A DNA stretch of 64,000 nucleotides, from positions 30,042,102 through 30,106,101 of the forward strand of contig NC_057718.1 of assembly GCF_004010195.1 (NCBI RefSeq), given 5' to 3'. Below the pieces are notes generated by a model. The model ran no database searches. It was given only the letters and a program-made list of their open reading frames with translations, and was not told where the DNA came from. Shown here piece after piece: positions 1 through 10,674 of this stretch (its first letter is position 1; every line of letters starts with the position of its first letter). The translations under genes and the position numbers were made by a program. The DNA is from Chiloscyllium plagiosum. Taxonomy: Eukaryota.

Positions 1-335
1 CCCCCACTTCTGACCCTACTAAAACATTTTAATCCTGGAACCTGCAACAGCCAATCCTGTCCCTGTTCTAGCCATGTCTCCGTAATAGCCACAACATCGA
101 AGTCCCAGGTACCAACCCACGCTGCAAGTTCACCTACCTTATTTCGTATACTTCTTGCATTGAAGTATACACACTTCAAGCCACTTTCCTGTTTACAGAC
201 ACCCTCCTTGGAAATTGATGCCATGTTCCTAACCTCCTTACACTCCAGGCCCTGCACCCTGAAGCTACAATCTGGGTTCCCATGCCCCTGCAGAGTTAGT
301 TTAAAGCCCCCCAGACTCTCCGGGGAGGTTTAAAC
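1..335 (-). mobile_element. CR1 LINE fragment, start of ORF2 (APE endonuclease), running off the window edge
   Basis: Reverse strand translates to GLKCVYFNARSIRNKVGELAAWVGTWDFDVVAITETWLEQGQDWLLQVPG, a CR1 endonuclease N-terminus, matching the CR1 at 53100-53250. Confidence 0.9.
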
Positions 336-336
336 T

Positions 337-642
337 TGTCCGGACTTGTCCGACCGGCCTAGCTCCTTTTCCACCTATCCACTCCACCCTCTCCTCCCTG
401 ACCTATCACCTTCATCTCCTCCCCCACTCACCTATTGTACTCTATGCTACTTTCTCCCCACCCTCACCCTCCTCTAGCTTATCTCTCCACACTTCAGGCT
501 CTCTGCCTTTATTCCTGATGAAGGGCTTTTGCCCGAAACGTCGATTTTGCTGCTCGTCGGATGCTGCCTGAATTGCTGTGCTCTTCCAGCACCACTGATC
601 CAGAATCTGGTTTCCAGCATCTGCAGTCATTGTTTTTTTACC
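337..642 (+). mobile_element. Penelope-like element 3' end/pLTR (family A) with hammerhead motif
   Basis: Pyrimidine-rich tract followed by CTGATGA-a-gggc-tttt-gccc-GAAAC-GTC (515-542) and the ggatgctgcctga...ccagcatctgcag tail. The same terminus follows a GIY-YIG remnant at 45883-46488. Confidence 0.8.
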
Positions 643-1499
643 TCTGTCTATTTTGTAGTCCAGCCTGAAAAGATCGGTCCTAGCAAGGTAAGGGTTAAGA
701 GAACCCTATATATATTTTTAAAAATGGGGGTAAGAATAAGTGAGATTTGGACCTTTTTATATTGGTGGAGTGCGACTTTGTATTGATGGTTGATGATTCT
801 CGAAGTTGTTGAGCTCCGACACTTTTTATTGGCGGTTGGTGATTTTCGGAAGCTGTGGAGCTCCAAAATTTTTTATACTGGCGCTTAGTGATTTTCAGAA
901 GCTGTTGAGCTCTGACATTTTTATAATGGCGGTGGTGGATTTTTAAGGTATGGTGATTAAGGTCAATCTGCTTAAAATAGGTAGAAAGGAGATCTGGAAC
1001 CTTCTCAGAATTTAAAAAAAAACCTAATTTAGTTGGATTAGCATTGTCTAAATTAATACCTAAATTGTTTTGTGAAATAAAGAAGTATCGTGATATATTA
1101 TAACGAAACTGTCAGGGTTTTAGAATGTCAAGAATGTTCTGCAGAAGTCATTAGTATTGTTGATCGTTCTCAGGCTGTTGTTTAATGTAAGTTTTATGTC
1201 GAGTTTATTCCGTCATATCTGTTCAGCTTGTCTTGCTTTGCTGCTTTTTGTTTTTTTTTCTGTTCGATTTGGTGTTTGCTCTCTGTTTATAAAATATGGA
1301 GGGCATTTGATGCCTTTGTAGTGTAAAAAAGAAAACTGGCTAGGGACAAAAAATGCTGTTAGAAATGTTAACAATTCTGGCTACTCAGCCACAAGATACT
1401 AGTGTGAGTACTCAACAGGGTTCTAATGTCCGGACAGAAAGTGTTGCTGAAAGAATCTTAAGATTTATAAAATTAGTAATAGAGAATTTGCTTGCCCCA

Positions 1500-1790
1500 G
1501 ATTGACAGGTGAAAACGCATTTGTTAAGCCCTGGACCCACACTGAAGTCCGCGTCATGCTTCAAAATGTCCCCGATCTGTTCAAGTGTCCAACATTAGTT
1601 TTAATTGGCTAGTACAAATTTGCTGTGGACTTTAATGAATTTCCAATACAGCACATTGGGCAACAATTAAAGACTCCGATGTGGGCACCAAAAACTAGCC
1701 TTGAAAATATTGTTAAAATCACAAATTGAACGGATGAGAAGTATTTAGATTTTGCACACTTGGTTAAGCAACAATGTGCCATAGCCAGGA
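1500..1790 (+). pseudogene. gag: ERV copy 1 gag capsid-like remnant
   Basis: GENAFVKPWTHTEVRVMLQNVPDLFKCP resembles a retroviral capsid N-terminus. The homologous region in copy 2 reads FNWLVQICCNYSCLLQDVQTLMNLAY. Frameshifted. Confidence 0.6.
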
Positions 1791-3699
1791 TTTGAGAGAT
1801 TAAACTCCCATGTGTGTGTGTGTGAGATTCCCTACAGCTCGTAGAAAGTTTAACCCTTTGTGATTCGTTTTGAATGCACATTTGTTTTTTTGGTGATTGA
1901 ATGTTTGTGCTTTGTTCCCTGGAGCTCGAGATCTGGGACTGTTTTGAATCTGATTGGCATTTTGGAAATTTATCATGATTTCTTTTAAGGTTAAGAATCT
2001 TTCAGTGATTAAGAAATAAAATATTAACACCTGTTCTTTTTACAGGTCATGACTGCCCTACTGTCAGTTTATAATTAATCTCTTTTATTCTTACATGAAA
2101 GCCAACCTTATTCGATTTCAAATCAGTTTAATACGGAGGAAGACAATATTATAACCTTTTCCTTGTTTTAGACTCATTTGTTTCCATTTAATTTTAAGAC
2201 TGCGTTCCATTGGTAATTATTGGTAAAGCCAATTATAGTCTTATTGAGGGAGTTTTAATTTACCATCAGGTTGTGAAAAATCATGTAACAAAATTAATAT
2301 CCTATGGTTAATATATATATTTATTTATTAATATATATTTCAGATCTATAGCATTGTAAATGAGCAATGACTGGTCAGGACCATTTATGAAACCTTGGGT
2401 TTAAATTAAGAGACTAAAACTGGGTAATTATAATGGATTTCAAAGTTGGGAACTGTATACATTTTACTTTTTAAATATTAAATACTGAATAAACTAATTT
2501 CTAATTTATATTGATGACTGTAAGAAAATAAAATGTTGCATGTTATTGAGATATATATTGTAAACATAATGACCATTAATATATCACCACAGCGGAGATC
2601 TGCTCTCCAAGCAAGACAAAGAGAACTAAGCTCTGTTGATCCTCCAATGTCCACAAAAATAAATGAAAACTTATAACCGGACTCTTCTTCAGCTGGATCC
2701 CCACTCAGTAAATCGCAAAGTATGCTTGATACCACTCCACTCAGTGCTCTCCCCAAAATCCAAACTGAATTCTATCCATATCATTAGGTGTCCATAACAA
2801 ATGAAAAAGGATCACTGCCTGACTTAAGCCGGCACTGCTGTCACCCAGTATTGCACCCTTTGGACAATAGGGGCAGCCAAACATATCGAGGAACAGGGTG
2901 GTAAATCAATCACTATTTCTTTTATAGCATCACTGCCCCATTGCCATGGAGTTAGCAGGCTCCATAATGTCACAACCATGTGATACTTTGGCCAGGACAA
3001 GTGAACGGGACAAATCACCTATTTAGTTATTCTCCTCTTGCAGTTTTTGTTAAGCTAAAAATTCAACTCCTAAAACTAGCTTTCAAATTATGACAATCAA
3101 GATTCCAAAATGTATAGTTAGGAATAGGCTTTAAAGTTAGACAAACATAAATTGATAAATTGGTTAAATAAGGTTAAAATGAAAATGGAGCCAAGGAGAT
3201 CAATTACAGAAGGGAAGAGGATGATGTAATAAGAAGAATAAAGCAGCAGAATACAGTTTTTAAATGTCTTAGTCACTTTTTGAGCTTTCACCCTGAATTA
3301 CGGGCAATGAATATTTTATTTTACAATAATATTTGATAATATTTATAATAATCAATTCCATTAGCCAAATCAAAATTAATTGGCAGGGTAGCATGTTTTT
3401 ATTCCTTTACGCATCATCAGTGACCTGTCTCATTGTCTCATGGTTAATTTAAAATATCGCTGCATTAATTTGTTGTTAATTAAAGAATGGAAAGTTACCT
3501 TACTGGCCAGTTGAATAAATTCTGCATGTGATTGGGGATAGGGATGTATGTATGGCCTATATCTGGCATACTGACCCTTTGTAAAGTTGGGATTTTGTTC
3601 CTGTATACCCACTGAACCCCTAACATCTCCTGATTGTCCCCAGCCTTAATTTAAACCACACACTTGTTGCAAACCTTTCCTTCTTCTGAAAATGAAACA

Positions 3700-4430
3700 T
3701 CTAGTCTTCATGGCCAATATCATGGTGATAAGTGGCCTGCGCCATCCTAAACTGGGTTCCATCCTGAGAATTAGAGTTATGTTAATGAAGCATGACCCTG
3801 AATGCAAGACCAAACTGGCCACATTTGCTCAATATGTCCAAGGGTGATATGAATGTGAATGCAGTAAAATTCTGGGAGTAGCCTGAATACAAATGCCTTG
3901 TGTTACAAGACTGAAATATGTGCCTACCTGTCTGATGGAAGTGATATACAATTGAACAAAAATCAAGAAACTCAATTACCTTTGTTTAACCCTATGCTTT
4001 TACAATGTTTTCTGCCTGGAGTCACTGACATGCTCCAGACCAACAGTACGAACCAGTCCAGGAGTTTCCAGTCGCAAATGAGGTGAGCAGTGGTTTTCTA
4101 TTGGGATGGCCAAAAATGGACTGAACCATGATGCAAGTTACAGGTAGAACCAATTATATCCAGTGCCCTTGCAATCCCAAATGCCGTATGCCAGCTCTGA
4201 TAGGGTTGATTGGAACCAGGATACCCACTGGCGGCAGAACCTACTCATGTGCCACCCCAGTGACTATTGCTGGACAACCTTTTCCCGAGGAGATCCTGAA
4301 AATGGGGGCAGGCAGGCCCCAGCATTTCACCTTTGAGACTGGCAACAGACAGCAAAATCCCCCAGGGAAAAATGCCTGAACCTTGCTTTAACTGTTGAAA
4401 TGTGGCCACTTGGGAGTGATATGTCTTTAA
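3700..4430 (+). pseudogene. gag: ERV copy 1 gag C-terminal/nucleocapsid remnant
   Basis: Pro/Gln/Gly-rich stretch ending in a frameshifted CCHC knuckle, CFNC..(fs)..GHLGVIC, at about 4381-4425. Confidence 0.6.
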
Positions 4431-4439
4431 TGTTACCTT

Positions 4440-5015
4440 GGAGCTGATGTGGGAAATCGACATGCTTTCTTACTAGCAAAAGGAAAATCTACTAATAAAC
4501 ACTGACACTTCATTGTGCTTTTAGTATGATCCACGATTTTGGAGCCTTGAGATCATTGAAGATTTGACCCCCAAGGGACAGCGTGATAGTAATGCTGTTT
4601 TGTCCAATCAATCTGGCAATTATCAAGATGTTTGGCTCATGCCGAGGAAACTGATACTGTTTCTAAAATAGTGGGCAAGTAGATGCAGCTGCCAAGCAGG
4701 CAGCCTTACACCCCAAACTCCTAATCCCATTGGGTCCCCAGCAAAACCCGGTTAGACACAGTATAAGGACGCATATGCCAGACCTGTGTAAGGTACAGAC
4801 ATCACTGGGGAAGCCCTGCTGAAGACCATAAATTATGGTCTCAAATAGGTTACTTCCTCGATATTCAAACTAGAATATGGGTGACCCCTACTAGATTAGT
4901 TTGTGTTCTTTCTTTGCTACTGCCTATTTTAATTGATTGATTGTGTATTTTGTATACACTTGGGCAAGGAGGGAGTGGTTTATACTTTATTACAATGGAC
5001 GCTCCATGGCCTCCA
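4440..5015 (+). pseudogene. pol: ERV copy 1 pol remnant: RNase H C-terminal half and integrase N-terminus
   Basis: Frameshifted motifs LLAKGKSTNKH..AFSMIHDFGAL, LAIIK..LAHAEETDTVSK..VDAAAKQAA, then RIWVTPT..LLLPILI..THLGKEG. Confidence 0.8.
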
Positions 5016-5029
5016 ACCTTGCAAAGGGG

Positions 5030-8000
5030 GAGATGATAAAGATCGAACTTGACCTGCTGTGTGGACTTGCCAGCATTAGTGCACAAGAGGGACAATTTAC
5101 CTGTGCGATCCTGAACAAACAGTGACTGTGTACCAACTATGCCGAAAAAAATGTCCTTGTGTGCCGAGAGACTGAATGTTACCAAGAATGTCTATTGCAG
5201 TGGTAAACTGCATCGAAAAGATTGAACAGTTCATTTACAGAACAAGTCTAAATGGTTTTTACCCTATAAAGGTGTTGTGTGCCAGTTTGATTTCATTTGC
5301 ACTGTGGGCATCCCTGGTAAGCCTTGTCCCCTTTCAGATAGATCATGTAGTAAAGAGAGGGGGGATGTTACCCTTTACTAACAATTTGTTTCTAGAAACC
5401 CATAATAAAATATTTGGAGAGGATGAAGTACTTTGTTATACCCTTACTTCAGCAAGAGACTCCCTGACCCCTTTTATCCTTCCAAATCCTAACATGGGGG
5501 TATAGAATAGTTTTAAAATATTTTCAGGATTATGGACTTCCTCCAATAAATCCAAATTCCTATCCAAATTCCTACAATGGTACGGGATGGGGGTGCACTT
5601 ATGGAGAAGTATCTAAAATTATCCCCTGTGCTATTATTAAATGTATCAGTCATCACTGCTTCCCTGAAGGACCTCTCATCTCATGGCGGATAGGATCAGG
5701 GTTAACCCTAAGGCTTTCCATAGGTATGTCAGGAATAAAAGAATGACGAGAGTTAATTTAGGGCCAATCAAGGATAATAGTAGGAAGTTGTGTGTGGAGT
5801 CAGAGGAGATAGGGGAAGCACCAAATATTTTGACAGTGTTCACTATAGAAAATGAAAATGTTGGTGAGGAAGATACAGAGATACTTGCATCTAGACTAGA
5901 AGAGATTGAGGTTTACAAGGAAGAGGTATTAGAAATACTGCATAGTGTGAAAATAGACAAGTCCCCTGGGCCGGATGGGATCTATCCTAGGATCCTCTGG
6001 GAAGCAAGGGAAGAGATTGCCGAGCCGTTGGCATTGATCTTCAAATCATCATTGTCTACAGGAATAGTGCCTGAGGACTGGAGGAAAGCAAATATGGTTC
6101 CCTTGTTCAAAAAGGGTAGTAGAGATAGCCCTGGTAATTACAGACCAATGAGTTTCAATTCAATTGTTGGAAAAGGTTATAAGATTTATAACCATCCAGA
6201 AAAGAATAATCTGATCAGGGACAGTCAGCACGGTTTTGTGAAGGGTAGGTTGTGCCTAATGAATCTTATTGACTTTTTTGACAAAGTGACCAAACAGGTA
6301 GATGAGAGTAAACCGGTTGATGTAGTGTATATGGATTTCAGCAAGGCGTTCGATAAGGTTCCCCACAGTAGGCTATTCTACAAAATGCGGAGGAATGGGA
6401 TTGTGGGAGACATAGCAGTTTGGATCAGTAATTGGCTTGCTGAAAGAAAACACAGGGTTGCAGTTGATGGAACATGTTCATCTTGGTATCCAGTTTACTA
6501 GCGGCGTAACGCAAGGGTCAGTGTTGGGTCCACTGCTGTTCATCATTTTTATAAATGACCTGGATGAGTGCTTAGAAGGGTGGGTTAGTAAATTTGCGGA
6601 CGATACTAAGGTTGGTGGATTTGTGAATGGTGACGAAGGATGTAGTAGGTTGCAGAGAGACATAGATAGGATGCAGAGCTGGGCTGATAGGTGGCAAATG
6701 GAGTTTAATGTGGACAAGTGAGATGATACACTTTGGACGGAGTAATCGGAATGCAAAGTACTGGGCTAATGGTAAGATTCTTGGGAGTGCAGATGAGTAG
6801 AGAGATCTCTGTGCCCATGTACACAGATCCCTGAAAGTTGCCACCCAGGTGGACAGGGTTGTTAAGAAGGCATAGAGTGTTTTGGCCTTTATTAATAGAG
6901 AGATTGAGTTCCGGAACCAGGAGGTTATGCCGCAGCTGAAGATTGAGAGGTGACTTAATAGAGACATCCAAGATAATCAGAGGGTTAGATAGGGTGGACA
7001 GGGAGAGCCTTTTTCCAAGTATGGGAACGGCAAACACGAGGGGACACAACTATAAAGTGAGGGGAGATAGGTATAAGACAGATGTCAGAGGTAGTTTCCT
7101 TACTCAGAGTAGTAAGAGTATGGAATGCTTTGCCTGCAACGGTAGTAGATTCGCCAAGTTTAAGTGCATTTCAGTCGTCATTGGACAGGCATATGGACTT
7201 ACATGGAATAGTGTAGGTGGGATGGGCTTCAGATTAGTATGACAGGGCGGCGCAACGTTGAGGGCCGAAGGGCCTGTACTGTGCTGTAATGTTCTATGTA
7301 TGTTCTTTTGTATGCCTTAAGGAGGAATGTGTCTCTATTACCACTGGTATTCAAACCCTTTGCGGAGTGGTAACAACACCCACCTTCATTAGGATACACC
7401 TAATGGCACTAATATTTTATCAATTGTTGGATGGGTAGAACTATTCTGGGATGTTGACCACGTCTCTTATCAAGAGACCCACCTCATTTGACTAATTTGA
7501 TTTTCAGCCTTTACATTCGGGACCAAACTATGTAATCATGGATTACCCAGGTACTCCAGGAAGCCACACAGGTAGGCCTGCTTCTTATTGGGAAGGTCCC
7601 TCTATTATCTATACTAAACCTGGATATTATTTTTTCATTTATAGTAAGGCATCTAACTACCTTGTCCTGAATAGAGCAAATACACCTCGTGCTTAAGCTG
7701 TAGAAACACTATTTCCAAATACTGTTCCCTATCCAATTACCTGGCAACGAGAACTCGAATTCCCCTGTTAAACATTCAGTTTCTCTTGACTATTGTGCAG
7801 AATGGAAGAATCCAAAGGTTGTATCAAAAAGTAAAACTCACTCATTGGCATATGCAGCTCTTAGTGTTCTTTCTGTAGGAGGATCTTCAGGAATTATTAG
7901 TCATCAAAACTGTAATTATCTCATTTGTGGACTCAACGATTTTGTGAAATGAGACAACTGCTGCCCTAATAGAAATTAGGGACATGCTTTCAGAATTGCG

Positions 8001-8446
8001 CCTATTTACCCAACAAAACCGCTATGCTCGATTAGATATTTGCGAAGGAAGGTGGGGCTTGCGCCATAATCAAAGGAAAGTGCATCATGTGGGTCACTAA
8101 CCTTATCAAAAACATTACTAGACATATAGATAACATCCGCATTTTTGTAAACCAAATCAATGAAGGTGCAGGATGGGGAGATTGGGGTTTTGGTTCATGA
8201 TACAACTGGCTAATTAATATGGCTATGTATGCTACTGTTTCAGTTGGTCTTTTTGTTATTATTGCTATTATAATACTAAGTGTATTATTGCTAAAATATT
8301 AGTTTCTATTGACAACATTGGTTCCACCCAGAAAATGCTTCTTCCCCACTTAGATGATGATGGGGAAGCATCATTGCCTGCCCCTGGTTCCTCTTCAGAG
8401 GAAGAGAAATTATTGCAGTCTTTCGCTGCCATCGAATTGGATTAAT
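5030..8446 (+). pseudogene. env: ERV copy 1 env (SU plus filovirus GP2-like TM), interrupted by a CR1
   Basis: Cys-rich SU. TM reads YLICGL..NETTAALIEIRDMLSELRLFTQQNRYA/LD*IFAKEGGACAIIKGKCI..KNITRHIDNI, followed by a Trp-rich MPER, hydrophobic anchor and acidic tail. Contains stops and frameshifts. Confidence 0.9.
5685..7308 (+). mobile_element. 5'-truncated CR1 LINE (RT) inserted in ERV env
   Basis: ORFs 5683-6501, 6437-6721 and 6943-7242 with DKSPGPDG, DFSKAFDKV, QGSVLGP and FADDTK. Ends in a ttctatg tail and has an internal deletion near 6938. ERV sequence resumes colinearly on both sides. Confidence 0.95.
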
Positions 8447-8494
8447 TTGATCCATGCCTTTATGGTGTAGTCATAGAATGACCAAAGGGGCAAA

Positions 8495-9092
8495 TGAGGG
8501 TCTAAAATTTGAATTTAGGCTGTTGTCAGAAGCAACAGGTATATGTAGATTTTAATTCACTACAAAATGGCTTTTCAATTTAAAATAACATAACAAAATG
8601 ACTAGAAGTAATGATTTCACTCTTTTAACTTGTACTGCTGCAAGATAAGAGAACACAATGGACTTTTCATAATATGAATCATAAGACAGTGATTTGGTAT
8701 TCGAACTAACCTTGAACTAGCAAACATGGGATGATTTTTTGCGTCAAACAATCTGTTTCCCAGGAAGTATCATTGGACTAACCTGCTGTAAATCATGCCA
8801 CCTTATTAAATTTGATTGGTGTTTTCTCGTAATTAAAGCTGTGCTGTCTCTTAAAAAAAATATAAATAAGGTGTAATTTTCGAATGTAACTGCGCCATTT
8901 CTCCATGGAACACAGAAGCTTTTAACCTCTGCTGCTGGATAAATCTGCGCCAGGCTGCCTTAATTTATTAATTGGTAATTTTGCTTTAAACAGACCGTAC
9001 TCCTAGTGATTCAAAAGAATCACTAGGAGTACGGTCTGTTTAAAGCAAAGATCTCGAACCAAGGAGACCCTCTGGAGGGGTCCATATCTTCA
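8495..9092 (+). repeat. ERV copy 1 3' LTR
   Basis: Starts TGAGGG after a purine tract and ends ATCTTCA. Both ends match the reverse complement of the LTRs at 20820-21437 and 31438-32059. Confidence 0.88.
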
Positions 9093-9145
9093 CTATGAAC
9101 AGCTGAACCCTGTTGGCAGAAGCAAAATTGGTAGGAATTCATAAT

Positions 9146-9311
9146 TGAGATGGTGGTGCTGGAAAAGGAGCAGGAGAATCAATGTTTTGGGCATAGGCCC
9201 TTTATTCCTGTCGATTCTCCTGCTCCTCAGATGCTGCCTGATCTGTTGTGCTTTTCCAGCACCACACTCTCGACTCTGATCTCCAGCATCTACAGAGCTC
9301 ACTTTCTCCTA
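9146..9311. mobile_element. Short inverted-repeat Penelope pLTR derivative (family A)
   Basis: ggtgctggaaaag...caggagaatc followed by its reverse complement gattctcctg...cttttccagcacc. Confidence 0.75.
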
Positions 9312-10674
9312 GGAATGCATAGTTACATAAGGTTATAATCCATTCTGGAGAGAGCAAAACAGCTTTCAGGTGCTGAACAGATGCAATTCTTCAGCAACAG
9401 CAAATATAACAAGCCAGTGCAACTTAACAATTTCTAAAATATAACCAAAACTAACACCTGTGGAGTAGAACCAATTCATCAGTTAAGTGTTAGACAGCCA
9501 AACTGACCCCATTAATAAGATAAAATTATAGCTTGCCAAGTATTATGCTTTGTATTTCATGTTTGAAATAAACCATGCATACATAAAAAAAAAGGAAAAC
9601 ATTATCTCACTTTTAACCCTCCATTACAGAAAACAACCTGAAGTTCAAAAATCTATTATCGGTCTGCAATTCAGTGAAGCTCAAGTCCAAATATCTCACC
9701 AATTTTTTGTGCCATTTTCAATGACTGAGACAACTGGAGTGTTTAATGCTTCCATGGCCACAAACGTAGTGCAGATTTTACTTCTATTTTGGAACTGGTG
9801 CCAAACCTTCATGTTGTATTCTTTTTGACACCCTTAAGTATCTCAGTAATTTTCTTTTCATTAATTTTCAGCATCAGGTGACTGTTGATATCTTTATTTC
9901 TATTGGAAATACATTTGCCAGCATCTGACTTATTAAACCACCTGAATATAGAAACAGGACAACAACAGAACTCATCAACAGTTCTCAAATGTTTTAATGA
10001 TATCATTATCTGACATGAATTAAAATTCCTCCCTCATATTTGCTGGCATTGAGCCTGTAGTTATTTTTTGTAAAGTTATTTTAAAAAAATGTTTAACTAC
10101 CCTGACTTTAATATCATGAATAACCAACAGAGCTAGCACCTCACTTATCTTCACCAACAGACCTATATTTCTGCTATGACTTTCCTCTGTTGGCAAGATA
10201 GATGGTAAGCACTTCATCCAGACCCTGCAATTGCCAATTTCATTGCAAGAGGCTCATTGTGAGAACTCATGATTGCCATCTGCATTTCTATGAATTTGGC
10301 ATTACTTATTTGCTGACTGTTCATGGTCATAGACTATGACTCTTTCCTCTGTCTGAGCTACTATAGGAATGAGATGTTTCTACCATTTGTTGGGATATCA
10401 ATCTTCATCTCCCCTTGACCACTTTGGCCCCTAGTGCAGCCAAAGCTGTGATAAGAGAATCTTAGACAGCCTGGAAAATTTCACAAGCAGAAGTAGCTCC
10501 AGGACTCAACCTCATACCTTGTCCTGACTGCTGTCTGTGTCCACAGCTAGAGTTGCCTCAGAGGGAATAAGGGCTTCACTTCTAGTGATAGTGCTTGAGA
10601 ACACATTGGTGATGGGGATATTGAGTGAGGCATGTTTGTTAGCTTGTGTTATAATCAAAAGAACAAGCTCAAGT

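Larger units (their letters stand above)
645..9092 (+). mobile_element. Endogenous retrovirus copy 1 (class I/epsilon-like, internally deleted, 5' LTR not present here)
   Basis: Colinear homology with the provirus at 20820-32059 on the opposite strand. Gag, RNase H, integrase and env remnants, a PPT-like aaaggggcaaa and a 3' LTR are present. Confidence 0.9.

Noticed and set aside
800..945. CRISPR-like repeat array
   Set aside because: These are degenerate tandem units with no unique spacers, inside a vertebrate ERV leader.
3922..3945. YLSDGS resembling the RNase H DGS motif, which would imply scrambled gag/pol order
   Set aside because: It is an isolated short motif. The context fits a gag C-terminal region better, and the simple order gag-NC-(deletion)-RNase H explains the data.
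7760..8446. Endogenous filovirus (non-retroviral EVE)
   Set aside because: The GP2-like sequence occupies the env position between integrase and PPT/LTR in both proviruses, and no NP-, VP35- or L-like sequence was seen.
9700..10300. Possible decayed hAT transposase on the minus strand
   Set aside because: Only a vague resemblance. I found no catalytic motif, TIR or TSD.
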